DNA of 64,000 nt from an uncultured Candidatus Peribacteria bacterium (GCA_964449445.1 CAYUZT010000003.1:110371-174370), one strand, 5' to 3'; shown: positions 25,256 through 35,290, counted from the first letter of the stretch. Translations and numbers: made by a program. The notes: a model not told the origin generated them from the letters alone.

Positions 25256-27712
25256 ATGAGCGACAGTGCCGTGAAGGAATCGCTCAAAAAATACTCGATT
25301 GGTTTGACGATCGAGGAAGCACGCAAGATCGAAACGCTGTTGGGACGCGCACCGACGGTTGTGGAAGCAGTTATATGGGGAATCCAGGGAAGCGAACACA
25401 GTAGCTACAAATCGTCCCGCAGGTTTCTAAAGATGTTTCCAACGACAGGAAAACACGTGATTCTCGGGCCGAAAGAAGATAGTGGAATCGTCGCACTCAC
25501 GGACGGGCCGCCCGGCAAGCGCTGGGGCATTGTGGTCAGCCATGAATCGCACAATCACCCCTCGCAGATCGTCCCCTTTGAAGGAGCAGCAACGGGAGTC
25601 GGCGGAACCGTTCGCGATGTCGCGTGCATGGGCGCGCGGGTCGTCGGGTGCATGGATATGCTGCGACTGGGTGACCTCAAGACGGCGGAGACGCGCAGCA
25701 TTGCGAAGGAAGTGATGCGCGGGATTGGAGGCTATGGAAATCCGCTCGGAGTTCCGAATCTCGGTGGTGATACGGTCTTCGACGCCGGGTTCAACAGTAA
25801 CTGTCTGGTCAATGCTATTGCGATCGGGATCGTCCGGGAAGACGAGGTGATCCATAGCGAAGTGCCCGAGGAGGCGGCCCGCGAAGGATACGACCTGATC
25901 ATTGTCGGAAAGCCGACGGACAGAAGCGGCTTCGGCGGTGCGGCGTTTGCGAGCGTGAGCATGGAGGAAGAGAAGAAGGAACAGAACAGCGGCGCAGTGC
26001 AGGAACCCAACCCCTTCCTGGAACGCCATTTGCTCGTCTCGACCTACGCGCTGTTCGACTGGCTCGCGGAGTCCAAAAACCTCCATCGCGTGAGCTTCAA
26101 GGATCTGGGCGCTGGAGGCGTCGTCTGCTCAACTGTGGAACAGGTGTCCGGACGCAACTTTGGTGCCGATGTGGAACTGGCGAGCGTCCACGTATCCATC
26201 CCCAATCTTCCTCCGGAAGTGATCGCCTGCGCCGAAACGCAGGAACGCTTCTGCTGGGCGGTGCATCCCTCACTCACGGGTCACATCCTGAAGCATTACA
26301 ACGTCGACTGGGATCTCCCGAGCGTTGCAGAACACGCCCGCGCCAGCGTGGTCGGGAAGGTGAATGGTTCGGGAATCTATCACCTGACGCATAACGGCGT
26401 GACCGTCTGCAAAGCAAAGTCGCAGGACATCACGTCTGGGCTTCAATACACCAGACCGACGAAGTTGAACGAACCAAAACGAGAAGAGCCTCATATCAGT
26501 TGTGATCAAACTGGAGAGATACGAGTTAACGAGTTAACGAATCAACGAGTCTTCACTACAACGATCACTCAAATCTTCCGCTCGATGCTCGCTCACCCCA
26601 ATCACGCCTCAAAATCCCGCGTCTTCCGCCACTACGACAAAACCGTCATCGGCAATACGATCGTCGAGGCCGGCGAAGCCGATGCATCGGTGATCATGCC
26701 CCTGAGAGACTTGCCCTCGTATCTCCCGGGAGGATCGCATCCTGATTGGAAGCTCTCCGCGAAAGAAGAAATTGTGGGAGCGGTCTTCGCGGCCGATGGG
26801 AATCCGCGCTACGGACGGATCTCTGCGTACTGGCAAGGAGTGCTTGCGGCCGTCGAATCCATGATGAACGTCGTGGCAACGGGAGCGACTCCGCGCGCAC
26901 TCACCGATTGTCTCAATTACGGCAATCCCGAAATCCCCGGGCACCTCGCGGCTCTGGAAGCGGGCGTGAAGGGGATCAGTGATGCGGCACGCGCGATCAC
27001 ATTTGATGGAGAGGGTGTGCCCGTGATCTCCGGGAACGTCAGCCTCTACAATTCCCTTCCCGATGGGAATTCCATTCCCCCATCGGCGATTGTCTGCACC
27101 ATCGGCGTGATTCCCGATGCGCGCAGAGGCCTCACCATGCAGGTGGAACACTCCGGGTCACGTCTTTTCCTCATTGGTGAGCGAAAAGATGAATGCGGCG
27201 GTTCCGCCTACTACGAAGTACTGGAACAGATGTGCGGAGCGGAGCGCGACGCATTGCTGGGATCATCGCTTCCAAAACCAGATTTCGCCGACGTGACCAA
27301 GCAGATGCAGCTCGTCATCAATGCGTGCGCGAAGGACCTTCTCCTGTCGTGTCATGACATCAGCGATGGCGGACTCCTCCTCGCACTCTTCGAAATGCTC
27401 CTCCCACGACGCAAGCTCGGCGGCACATTGGGGGTGGACATAGACCTCGCGTTGCTCACGAGTTCCCTGAGTGCCGACAAACTTCTGTTTTCACAAACGC
27501 CGGGATTCATCGTGGAGATCGCCCCCACTCACGTGCAGGCGTTCACAACACTAAGTGAAACGCATGACATGCAGGTAGCAGACATCGGAGCCGTGAACGG
27601 GGGTGGGAAACTCACGATCATGCATGGCAAACACTCAGTCCTCTCCGAGCATATCGTTGGTCTTCGAGAAACCTGGGAGCGCTCATTAACGGAAGTATTG
27701 GACAAACGTTGA
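25256..27712 (+). CDS. purL: phosphoribosylformylglycinamidine synthase subunit PurL
   Basis: LTIEEARKIETLLGRAPTVVEAVIWGIQGSEHSSYKSS, ESHNHPS, and GGYGNPLGVPNLGG. Start at the internal ATG at 25256. Confidence 0.9.
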   Translation: MSDSAVKESLKKYSIGLTIEEARKIETLLGRAPTVVEAVIWGIQGSEHSSYKSSRRFLKMFPTTGKHVILGPKEDSGIVALTDGPPGKRWGIVVSHESHNHPSQIVPFEGAATGVGGTVRDVACMGARVVGCMDMLRLGDLKTAETRSIAKEVMRGIGGYGNPLGVPNLGGDTVFDAGFNSNCLVNAIAIGIVREDEVIHSEVPEEAAREGYDLIIVGKPTDRSGFGGAAFASVSMEEEKKEQNSGAVQEPNPFLERHLLVSTYALFDWLAESKNLHRVSFKDLGAGGVVCSTVEQVSGRNFGADVELASVHVSIPNLPPEVIACAETQERFCWAVHPSLTGHILKHYNVDWDLPSVAEHARASVVGKVNGSGIYHLTHNGVTVCKAKSQDITSGLQYTRPTKLNEPKREEPHISCDQTGEIRVNELTNQRVFTTTITQIFRSMLAHPNHASKSRVFRHYDKTVIGNTIVEAGEADASVIMPLRDLPSYLPGGSHPDWKLSAKEEIVGAVFAADGNPRYGRISAYWQGVLAAVESMMNVVATGATPRALTDCLNYGNPEIPGHLAALEAGVKGISDAARAITFDGEGVPVISGNVSLYNSLPDGNSIPPSAIVCTIGVIPDARRGLTMQVEHSGSRLFLIGERKDECGGSAYYEVLEQMCGAERDALLGSSLPKPDFADVTKQMQLVINACAKDLLLSCHDISDGGLLLALFEMLLPRRKLGGTLGVDIDLALLTSSLSADKLLFSQTPGFIVEIAPTHVQAFTTLSETHDMQVADIGAVNGGGKLTIMHGKHSVLSEHIVGLRETWERSLTEVLDKR

Positions 27713-27730
27713 AAAGTCGGGAGATTGAGA

Positions 27731-27763
27731 CCCAAACCCTAGCCCCAACCCCAACCCCAACCC
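27731..27763. repeat. C-rich tract containing (CCCCAA)3, directly upstream of a TATACT box
   Basis: The tract CCCAAACCCTAGCCCCAACCCCAACCCCAACCC is followed by TATACT (27764-27769), 6 nt, and the ATG at 27776. Confidence 0.8.
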
Positions 27764-27775
27764 TATACTTCTCCC

Positions 27776-29056
27776 ATGCCCACCACCCCCAAGTTCCTTT
27801 TCGTCGCGCTTGTCGCGGTTGCCTCTATCGTTGCGCTTCCCCTCCAGGCTCAGGAGGAGCAAGCCCCTCCGCCCGGGGGCACTATTTACGTCGAGCAGAA
27901 GAGCGAGATTGAAGCCTTCGGCAAATGGACGATGCTCCAACCAACGCATGAATCCTTCGATCGCACCGACACGAAGCTGAGCATGCCCAACATGGTCCCC
28001 GGCAAGTACACCTTCCAGACCGAATCCCCCAGTGGAACCAGCACGCACATCGATATTTTCCTGGGTGACGATATCATCGCGTCGTCCGAGACGCCGCAGA
28101 TCAGTTTTGAACTCCTCGATAAGATGACAGTGAAGCTCGTTGTCACCTACACGCTCACGATCTTCGGAAAAGTGGGGGTGAATAGCGAGCCGGCGGGAAT
28201 CCCGTACACGCTGCGAGGCCCGGATGAGATGATCAAAATAGGCGTAACGCCTGTGGAATATTCGCGACTGCCGATCGGGAACTACAGCGTCACCTTTCGG
28301 CCCGAGGGGTGCCCTCAGCCCCCTGCGCAATCCGGCCTTCTACAAAAGGAGGACCGTGTGAACTTCATGGTGAAACTCGTTTGCGGCTCTTTCCGCGCAG
28401 TAAAAGGCGAGAATGAAGCCGAGCACATTTCCGCGAAAGTGGGAGGGGAGAACGTCACGTTTACCGATGTTCCCGTCGATTCCTGGTTCGGTGCGTATGT
28501 TCTGACCGTCGCCAAGCGCGCCATCATGGCGGGGTATACCGAGAAGAGCGGAAAGCTCACGGGAAAATTCGGTCCCGGCGACCACGTGACCGTCGCGCAG
28601 CTGGCCAAGATCGCGCACACCGTGAACAAGATCAACGAAAACCTTGTAATGACCGCTCCGCTCAATCCCCGCGCCCGCGGCCAGTGGTTTACGCGCTATA
28701 TCGCGTCTGCCGAGGAGCAGGGGTGGCTGGTCTTCGCCGATGGGACGGTTGATCCCAACCGGCCGGCAACGAGAGGCGAAGTGGTTATCACGCTGCTGCA
28801 GGTTTTCGATATACCCATGCACTGGCCCAAGGGGAATGTATTTACCGATGTCGAACGCAAGACTCCGTATTCCGGTGCCATCGAAACCGCTGCGGAGGAA
28901 GAAATCGTCACGGGCAGCACCGATGCAACCGGCAAATCAACGGGACTGTTCCATCCCACAGACTCCATCACGCGTGCGGAGATCGCAAAGATCCTGATTA
29001 CCGTGTACGAGAAGTATCAGACGACCCGCTCGTCATCCTCTGCGCCAGATTCGTGA
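27776..29056 (+). CDS. secreted protein with PEGA-like domain and three C-terminal SLH-like domains
   Basis: Signal peptide, then VNSEPAGIPYTLRG...PIGNYSVTF (PEGA-like). FTDVPVDSWFGAYV...VTVAQLAKI, and FTDVERKTPYSGAIE..ITRAEIAKIL resemble SLH repeats. Confidence 0.6.
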   Translation: MPTTPKFLFVALVAVASIVALPLQAQEEQAPPPGGTIYVEQKSEIEAFGKWTMLQPTHESFDRTDTKLSMPNMVPGKYTFQTESPSGTSTHIDIFLGDDIIASSETPQISFELLDKMTVKLVVTYTLTIFGKVGVNSEPAGIPYTLRGPDEMIKIGVTPVEYSRLPIGNYSVTFRPEGCPQPPAQSGLLQKEDRVNFMVKLVCGSFRAVKGENEAEHISAKVGGENVTFTDVPVDSWFGAYVLTVAKRAIMAGYTEKSGKLTGKFGPGDHVTVAQLAKIAHTVNKINENLVMTAPLNPRARGQWFTRYIASAEEQGWLVFADGTVDPNRPATRGEVVITLLQVFDIPMHWPKGNVFTDVERKTPYSGAIETAAEEEIVTGSTDATGKSTGLFHPTDSITRAEIAKILITVYEKYQTTRSSSSAPDS

Positions 29057-30305
29057 TATCCCCCGCTCCCATGCACAGGAGCACATCGCCGGGCTTCAGA
29101 ATCTGTTCCCGAAGCAGTCTCTCCGTGTCGGCGAGTGATTTCCCGTCCACGCATCGAACAGTGCTTCCTTTTTCAAGATCGCGCATGAACGCCGGGAGAT
29201 CCACACGCTCCGTTTCAATGTCCTTCCGCGCTTCGTAGACGTTCGGGATGATCACCGTATCGACGCCGCGAAAACAGTGCGTGAATGCATCGTAGAACTT
29301 CAGTGTCCTGTCATGCGTATGCGGCTGGAACGCGCAGACAATGCGACGACCAGGATACTCTCCAATGATTGCATCGAGCGTCGCGCGGATTTCCCGCGGA
29401 TGATGCGCGTAGTCGTCGATCACCGGAATGTCGCCGAGCATTCCCTTGAGCTCCAACCGTCGCCAGCTTCCGGCGTACCCACTGACTGCTGCCTGCGCTT
29501 GCTTGCCCGGTATCGCAAGAACATCTGCGAGTGCGAGAACCAACTGAGCGTTCTGTTGCATATGTGTTCCCGGTGTCTTGAGCGTGATGAGAGGGTACGC
29601 GTCTGCATCGATTACTTTCCTGCCGGCTACGTCAGCAACGGCTTTGCAGTCCGGATCGGACAGATGCGTGATCAGAACTCCATCCTTGGGCAGTTTCTGG
29701 ATAAACGTCACGAATGCCGACCGGTACTCCTCCGATGAACCGAAGAAATCGAAATGATCGCCGTCGCAATTCGTCAGAAGGATGATGGATGGCGAGTACT
29801 GATGAAAGGAATTGCGGTATTCGCAGGCCTCCAGAAGAAAAACTCCTGCTTCTCTGCCTTTTCGCCAATTTCTCCCTTCCAATTCCTTAAGCTTGGTTCC
29901 AACAACCACGGTTGGCTCGCGGCCGCTGTGCATCAGCAACCGCGCGGCCATGCCGGTGGTGGACGATTTTCCATGTGTCCCGCAGACGGCAATCACCTGA
30001 TCATGCCCGCGCGATAGATCTCCAAGCGCCTGCGGATACGACTGCTGCTGAATGCCCAATTCCTTCGCTCGTCGTCGCTCAGGAGCATCCACTGGAATCG
30101 CTTCGGAGTACACGAACAGATCGCAGTCCGCAGGAATCGACGCTCCCGATTGTTCCAGATGGACGGTAATGCCTTGGGACTGGAGATCCTCGATCAGAGC
30201 GCTTGCCGCCCTGTCGCTCCCCAGAACCTCATGACCTTCGGTTTTCTGGAGCGATGCGTAGGCGCTCAAGCCAATTCCGCCAATCCCTGAACAGTAAATC
30301 TTCAC
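28998..30305 (-). CDS. murC: UDP-N-acetylmuramate--L-alanine ligase
   Basis: GIGGIGLSAYA, VCGTHGKSSTTGM, DDYAHHPREI. GTG start with TAGCAT 6 nt upstream. 59-bp convergent overlap with the SLH gene. Confidence 0.9.
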   Translation of the reverse strand: MKIYCSGIGGIGLSAYASLQKTEGHEVLGSDRAASALIEDLQSQGITVHLEQSGASIPADCDLFVYSEAIPVDAPERRRAKELGIQQQSYPQALGDLSRGHDQVIAVCGTHGKSSTTGMAARLLMHSGREPTVVVGTKLKELEGRNWRKGREAGVFLLEACEYRNSFHQYSPSIILLTNCDGDHFDFFGSSEEYRSAFVTFIQKLPKDGVLITHLSDPDCKAVADVAGRKVIDADAYPLITLKTPGTHMQQNAQLVLALADVLAIPGKQAQAAVSGYAGSWRRLELKGMLGDIPVIDDYAHHPREIRATLDAIIGEYPGRRIVCAFQPHTHDRTLKFYDAFTHCFRGVDTVIIPNVYEARKDIETERVDLPAFMRDLEKGSTVRCVDGKSLADTERLLREQILKPGDVLLCMGAGDITNLAQRMTSGSSDTSRTR

Positions 30306-30320
30306 GTAACTATGCTATGG

Positions 30321-30407
30321 AAAGGAGGCAAGGGAGGCAAAGGAGTCAGGAGAGACAAAGGAGAATTTTTCTTTTGCCTCTTTTGCCTCTTTTGTCTCTT
30401 TTGACTC
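30321..30407. repeat. low-complexity hairpin element H4 (GAGGCAAAG units) in the murC/ftsB-like divergent region
   Basis: Purine-rich arm AAAGGAGGCAAGGGAGGCAAAGGAGTCAGGAGAGACAAAGGAG, loop AATTTTT, pyrimidine-rich arm CTTTTGCCTCTTTTGCCTCTTTTGTCTCTTTTGACTC. The pairing register is ambiguous. Confidence 0.7.
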
Positions 30408-30433
30408 ACATTCCCTCTCTCTATCCTGTCGCC

Positions 30434-30877
30434 ATGCCCTATCGAGACCTTGAACCGATGAGCAAGCAACTCACGATCGTGGTGGGGCTCACGGTCGTTG
30501 GTTTCATGGCGTTCGGTCTGGCGCTCTCCTACTACCGAAACATCCTCTTCGATACGCACCTGCAGGAGATCGCCAAGCAGAACGATTTGCTGGAGCAGCG
30601 GATTGAGGAAGAGCAGGGCGACCTGGACTACTACCGCTCCGCCCAGTTCAAGGACAAGTATGCCAAGGAAACGCTCGGCCGCCTGAACCCCGGCGAGAAG
30701 GTCCTCATCATCACGCAGGAACCGTCGCCCGAGATCAGCGCATCCCCCGATGTGAGCTTCAGCGAACAACAGACCGCCGAGTTCGAAGAAACACTGCGTC
30801 AGATGCCGGTCTACCTCCACTGGAGGCTGTATCTTTTCGAACGGGATAAGATCGAAGAACTGAGAAGAGGAGTCTGA
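30434..30877 (+). CDS. septum formation initiator family protein (FtsB/DivIC-like)
   Basis: Single TM helix followed by a coiled coil (LQEIAKQNDLLEQRIEEEQGDLDYYRS.QFKDKYAKETLG). Start at the internal ATG. Confidence 0.55.
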   Translation: MPYRDLEPMSKQLTIVVGLTVVGFMAFGLALSYYRNILFDTHLQEIAKQNDLLEQRIEEEQGDLDYYRSAQFKDKYAKETLGRLNPGEKVLIITQEPSPEISASPDVSFSEQQTAEFEETLRQMPVYLHWRLYLFERDKIEELRRGV

Positions 30878-30882
30878 GATAA

Positions 30883-30977
30883 ATGATCAAGTTTCAAGTA
30901 TCAATCGCAAAGTAAATGTAATAGTTAAAAATTGTAAACTTACAACTTCCTTTGCGATTGATCATTGATCATTTTTT
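30883..30977 (+). terminator. long AT-rich imperfect hairpin ending in a T run
   Basis: ATGATCAA..TCAATCGCAAAG (30901-30912) pairs with CTTTGCGATTGA (30950-30961)..TTGATCAT, followed by TTTTT. This is a local low-GC island between the ftsB-like gene and tRNA-fMet. Confidence 0.55.
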
Positions 30978-30988
30978 AGATGTTTAGA

Positions 30989-31066
<78 letters not shown>

Positions 31067-31137
31067 CGTACAAGCTGATTCTGCAGGAGATTTCTTGCTC
31101 TTGCAAGAAAGGAAACGATCAGTACACTACTTCGGCT

Positions 31138-31428
31138 ATGGCGCATAAAAAGGCAGGTGGGTCTACCACAAACGGCAGAGATAGTAGAGCGAAGCGCCGA
31201 GGCGTAAAGCGCTTCGGTGGGCAGACCGTGAATGCGGGAGAGATTCTCATCCGGCAGAAGGGCTACTGGTACTTCCCGGGAAAGAACACGCATGTGGGCA
31301 AGGACTGGACCATTCACGCGAACATCGCCGGTGTCGTCGGTTTTTCCCAGAAGCGCCGCACCAAGTTCAACGGCAATCGCGATCGCTGCACAGTGGTGTT
31401 TGTAGAACCTGTAGCAGCCGTAAAATAA
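31138..31428 (+). CDS. rpmA: 50S ribosomal protein L27
   Basis: [38 protein letters not shown] is canonical L27. Confidence 0.95.
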   Translation: MAHKKAGGSTTNGRDSRAKRRGVKRFGGQTVNAGEILIRQKGYWYFPGKNTHVGKDWTIHANIAGVVGFSQKRRTKFNGNRDRCTVVFVEPVAAVK

Positions 31429-31446
31429 CGAAAAGCAAAGTATGTA

Positions 31447-31480
31447 GACGGTCCTCGGACTCTTTGGACTCCTCGGCTTC
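31447..31480. repeat. solo arm (H5) of the H2/H3/H9 repeat family
   Basis: GACGGTCCTCGGACTCTTTGGACTCCTCGGCTTC aligns with the right arm of H3. No complementary arm is nearby. Confidence 0.6.
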
Positions 31481-31504
31481 TTTAGTTTGGTCTATCATAC
31501 CCTC

Positions 31505-32212
31505 ATGGCTGAAATGGGCGGTCTCGAAATCGGCACACCAGGAGAAGGCGGCTCAGGAGCTCCTGAGCAACTGAGTGAAGAAGCCAAGCAGCGCTTTGCA
31601 GCGGCTGCGGCTGCGATGGCAGCAATCCAACGCGAGGAGAAACGCAGCAAGAAGCGCGATACGCGTGTTGCCCGTACTATCATCCAGTTCCTCAACGACG
31701 ATCGCTTCGCGCACCTCTTCGTCCTCATTTCGCGGCTAGTGGCACGAGACTGTCCGTCGGTCTTCATCCTCGCGATCCTCTCCCTGATCAATGAGGATTG
31801 TCGCACGGTCGTAAAGGAGTACCTGGAGGAGGTGAAGCAGGAAATGAAGGATGCTTCAGCAGACATCGTGACGGATGACATGAACGTCATGGAAGGCGGA
31901 TCGATTGATGCCAAGACCAATAGCATTCTGATTTCCTGGATCACGCGCATGCAGATGGTCATGGCACTCGAAGCGCAGAAGATTCTCGAAAAGCTCATGA
32001 TCGATCAGCACAATATCGACGGAACGGTCTTACAGCTCACTACATTCATTCTTCAGGAGTTCTTCGCATCGGAATCCGGCGGACGCAGAAAAGCTCCATT
32101 CGAATCGTTGCAAGGACTCTCCGTGAGTATTCTCCAGACGGTCTTTGAGCCGTTCCTGGATCTCGTAGACCTGCCAAGTAAACGGGAGGAAGGAAAAGAA
32201 AATGACGAGTAA
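31505..32212 (+). CDS. hypothetical protein
   Basis: ORF 31487..32212. The ATG at 31505 is preceded by TATCAT-ACCCTC, a 17-nt string identical to the one at the acyP start. No recognisable domain. Confidence 0.45.
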   Translation: MAEMGGLEIGTPGEGGSGAPEQLSEEAKQRFAAAAAAMAAIQREEKRSKKRDTRVARTIIQFLNDDRFAHLFVLISRLVARDCPSVFILAILSLINEDCRTVVKEYLEEVKQEMKDASADIVTDDMNVMEGGSIDAKTNSILISWITRMQMVMALEAQKILEKLMIDQHNIDGTVLQLTTFILQEFFASESGGRRKAPFESLQGLSVSILQTVFEPFLDLVDLPSKREEGKENDE

Positions 32213-32305
32213 GAGGCAAAGGAGGCAAGAGAGATAAAAGAGGCAAGGGAGTTTTGTTTTCAGACCTCTTTTTCCTCCTTTGCCTCACTTGCCTCTCTTG
32301 TCTCC
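32213..32305. repeat. low-complexity hairpin element H6 (same GAGGCAAAG family as H4)
   Basis: GAGGCAAAGGAGG (32213-32225) is the exact reverse complement of CCTCCTTTGCCTC (32274-32286). The right arm supplies the last codons and stop of thpR. Confidence 0.7.
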
Positions 32306-32845
32306 TTCAAAAAGGAAGTTCTGCAACGCCGTCTGCTTCACCCCATTCACTTCCGCGTACAACCTGACTCGATCCACTTTCATCTCAAACTCCACGTCAT
32401 CAATCAGCTTCATGATCTTCTTCTTGTGCACAGCAAACTTCTGCGGATGTTTGATGCGTGCGAGCGTGATGTGAGGAGAAAATGACTCAATTGAGGGCCA
32501 CGGGCAGCGCTTCTTGAGCCGCGCGAGTTCGTCGCTGAAGGGAATATCCAGATAGAGCACCCGATCCTCGCCTCGCGAGCCGAACGTGGAGACTCCCTGC
32601 ACCTTGAGAGTGAAGGGAGAGGACGTATCGGCGATCTTCTTACTCTGCGGAATGATCTGGTAGTACTCAATCTCCATCACTTCTTTCCAGAATTGGAGCG
32701 TGAGGTGAGGTGACTGCGGGTTCTGGAAACGGAAGATGTTTTCGAATTCTTGCAGACGCGCTTGAAGTTCCTGAAATGCATTCTTCGCCTGACCTTCCAA
32801 GGGAATTGCAAGGAAGGCAGAGTGCAGCGGAAAATGAAGGTACAT
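32285..32845 (-). CDS. thpR: RNA 2',3'-cyclic phosphodiesterase (2H family, ThpR/LigT)
   Basis: Two HxTx motifs: PHLTLQF and PHITLAR. Confidence 0.8.
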   Translation of the reverse strand: MYLHFPLHSAFLAIPLEGQAKNAFQELQARLQEFENIFRFQNPQSPHLTLQFWKEVMEIEYYQIIPQSKKIADTSSPFTLKVQGVSTFGSRGEDRVLYLDIPFSDELARLKKRCPWPSIESFSPHITLARIKHPQKFAVHKKKIMKLIDDVEFEMKVDRVRLYAEVNGVKQTALQNFLFEGDKRGK

Positions 32846-32847
32846 AA

Positions 32848-34692
32848 TTACCGCTTCAGAACAGCCAAAAACGCTTCCTGACTCAGGTTCACTTTTCCCA
32901 TCATTTTCATCCGCTTCTTCCCTTTCTTCTGCTTATCGAGGAGCTTGTTCTTCCGTGTCACGTCCCCTCCATACAAATACCCCGTCACATCTTTGCGCAT
33001 AGCCTGAACGGTCTCGCGTGCGACAACCTTGCCGCCAATAGCTGCTTGGATCGCAATGGGGAACTGTGCTTTGGGGAGAACTTCTTTCAACTGTTTGCAG
33101 ATGACGCTCCCCACATCGTGCGCTTCTGACCTATGCACGACGGTACTGAGAGCATCTGCAGGCTCACCCATCAGAAGCAAATCGAGTTTCACCAGATCTC
33201 CGGCGCGGTAGCCCAGGTGATCGTAACTCATGGATGCGTATCCGGAGGATGTTGATTTCAACTGGTCGAAGAAGTCGAGGACGATGCCTTGGAGCGGAAC
33301 TTCAAAATCGAGAAGAGCCCTATCTGCATCCAAAAACTGCATGGCCTTATTGATGCCGCGACGATCCTGCACCAACTTCATGGACGCACCCACATCTTTC
33401 TCCCGACAGACGATTTCGAGTTTCACCCACGGCTCTCGAATCTCGTCGATGTACGTCGGATCGGGCATGTCCGCAGGGTTACTGATGCGGGCGGTATCCG
33501 GCTCGTCCGTTTTGAGCAGACTCGACCGCACGACTTCGCCGGGGTTCCGTGCTGTCAGTTTTACTTCGTAGAGCACGCTCGGAGCAGTCACAATCAGGTT
33601 GCAGCCGTACTCGCGCTCCAGACGTTCCTGCACGATATCGAGGTGAAGAAGACCGAGGAAGCCACAGCGAAAGCCGTTGCCGAGCGCCGAGTTTCGCTCA
33701 TGCTCCCACTGCAATGCCGCATCATTGAGTGAGAGCTTCTCCAAACCCTCACGGAGATCGGGGTAATCATCCGCTTCGGAAGGGTATAAACCTGCGAACA
33801 CCATCGGCTGGACGTGCGCGTAGCCCGGGAGCTGCGAGAGGTCGGGTGAGGATGCAATGGTATCTCCTACCCTCAGATGCTTCACATCCCGTAACCCGGA
33901 GACGACGTATCCGATCTGCCCCGCGCTCAGCAGTTCATCCTGCATGTACTTGGGCGTGAAGTGGCCCACTTCCAACACTTCAAATGGCGTCTTCGTCCCG
34001 AGCAGATGCACTTTCTGCCCTTTCTTCAATTCACCTTCAATCACACGGACGTATCCGACAGCGCCTCGATAGGAATCCATTATTGCGTCGAAGATCAATG
34101 CTCGCGTCTCCCCTCTCCCTGCGCCGGAGGCGCTGGGGGAGGGGCCGGGGGAGGGGGTATTGGGACCAGGAATCCTCTCAATCACTGCATCAAGCACATC
34201 AGAAACTCCAGTCCCCTCTTTCGCGGAAATCTTCAAAATATCTTCCTTCTTACAGCCAATGAGCTTCACCACTTCCTCGGACACACGCTCTGGATCAGCC
34301 GCAGGGAGATCGATCTTATTCAGAACCGGGATGATCGTCAGGTTATGTTCAAGCGCCATGTAGAGCACCGCAATCGTTTGCGCCTGAATGCCCTGTGAAC
34401 AGTCGACCAGGAGAATTGCTCCCTCGCATGCAGCGAGCGAGCGACTCACTTCATACCGGAAATCGGTGTGCCCGGGAGTATCGATCAGGTTTAACTCCGT
34501 TCCCTTCCATTCCATGCGAACGGGTGTCAGTTTGATGGTGATACCGCGCTCGCGCTCCAGATCCATCATATCGAGCGTCTGCTCCTTCATTTCGCGCTTC
34601 TGGAGCGTTCCCGTCATCTCGATCATGCGGTCACTGAGCGTCGACTTGCCGTGGTCGATGTGGGCGATGATACAGAAGTTTCGGATATCCAT
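32848..34692 (-). CDS. lepA: elongation factor 4
   Basis: MDIRNFCIIAHIDHGKSTLSDRMIE, DTPGHTDF, and the LepA C-terminal block. Start at the ATG (the ORF track uses an upstream TTG at 34713). Confidence 0.95.
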   Translation of the reverse strand: MDIRNFCIIAHIDHGKSTLSDRMIEMTGTLQKREMKEQTLDMMDLERERGITIKLTPVRMEWKGTELNLIDTPGHTDFRYEVSRSLAACEGAILLVDCSQGIQAQTIAVLYMALEHNLTIIPVLNKIDLPAADPERVSEEVVKLIGCKKEDILKISAKEGTGVSDVLDAVIERIPGPNTPSPGPSPSASGAGRGETRALIFDAIMDSYRGAVGYVRVIEGELKKGQKVHLLGTKTPFEVLEVGHFTPKYMQDELLSAGQIGYVVSGLRDVKHLRVGDTIASSPDLSQLPGYAHVQPMVFAGLYPSEADDYPDLREGLEKLSLNDAALQWEHERNSALGNGFRCGFLGLLHLDIVQERLEREYGCNLIVTAPSVLYEVKLTARNPGEVVRSSLLKTDEPDTARISNPADMPDPTYIDEIREPWVKLEIVCREKDVGASMKLVQDRRGINKAMQFLDADRALLDFEVPLQGIVLDFFDQLKSTSSGYASMSYDHLGYRAGDLVKLDLLLMGEPADALSTVVHRSEAHDVGSVICKQLKEVLPKAQFPIAIQAAIGGKVVARETVQAMRKDVTGYLYGGDVTRKNKLLDKQKKGKKRMKMMGKVNLSQEAFLAVLKR

Positions 34693-34721
34693 GGGGCCCG
34701 TATGGTAGCGCAAAAGTGCAA

Positions 34722-35285
34722 TTAGAGAGTCAAAAACATCTCATGAATCCGCTTCTCTCCTGTCACCTCTGGATGAAATGTCCCCGCAAGTATTCTCGCC
34801 TGCCTCACCAGTACGGGCTTCCCTTGATGCGTTGCAAGAACCTCTGCGTCTTTTCCGACCCATGTGATGACAGGCGCGCGTATGAAAGCGACCGGCAATG
34901 GCGACTTCACTCCCTTGATCCGAAGATCTGCAGAGAAGCTCTCGAGTTGAGTGCCGTACGCGTTGCGCTCAACGGTGATATCGATCAATCGCAATGTTTT
35001 GGGAGGATTCAATCCCGTTGCTTTCCGTGCGAGAAGAATTGCGCCTGCACATGTGCCATAGATAGGAAGGCTCCTCTCTGTAACTCGCTTCTTGATCGCA
35101 TCGCCGACGCCCGTCTCCTCCAGAAATCTAGCCATGACGGTGCTCTCACCGCCGGGAATGATCAGGCGATTCACTTTCGTAAGATCGTCCGTAGATCGCA
35201 CTTCAAGACATTTCACCTTCAGGGAACGCAGCACCTCCAGGTGCTCCGCGAAGTCGCCGTGGAAGGCCAGGACACCGACTATCAT
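34722..35285 (-). CDS. pdxT: pyridoxal 5'-phosphate synthase glutaminase subunit
   Basis: MIVGVLAFHGDFAEH, LIIPGGESTV, GTCAGAILLA, FHPE. Start at the internal ATG. Confidence 0.9.
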   Translation of the reverse strand: MIVGVLAFHGDFAEHLEVLRSLKVKCLEVRSTDDLTKVNRLIIPGGESTVMARFLEETGVGDAIKKRVTERSLPIYGTCAGAILLARKATGLNPPKTLRLIDITVERNAYGTQLESFSADLRIKGVKSPLPVAFIRAPVITWVGKDAEVLATHQGKPVLVRQARILAGTFHPEVTGEKRIHEMFLTL

Positions 35286-35290
35286 ACGAG

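Noticed and set aside
27731-27763. The (CCCCAA)n tract as a true telomere or contig-end artefact
   Set aside because: It is internal, only about three units long, and embedded between two intact bacterial genes.
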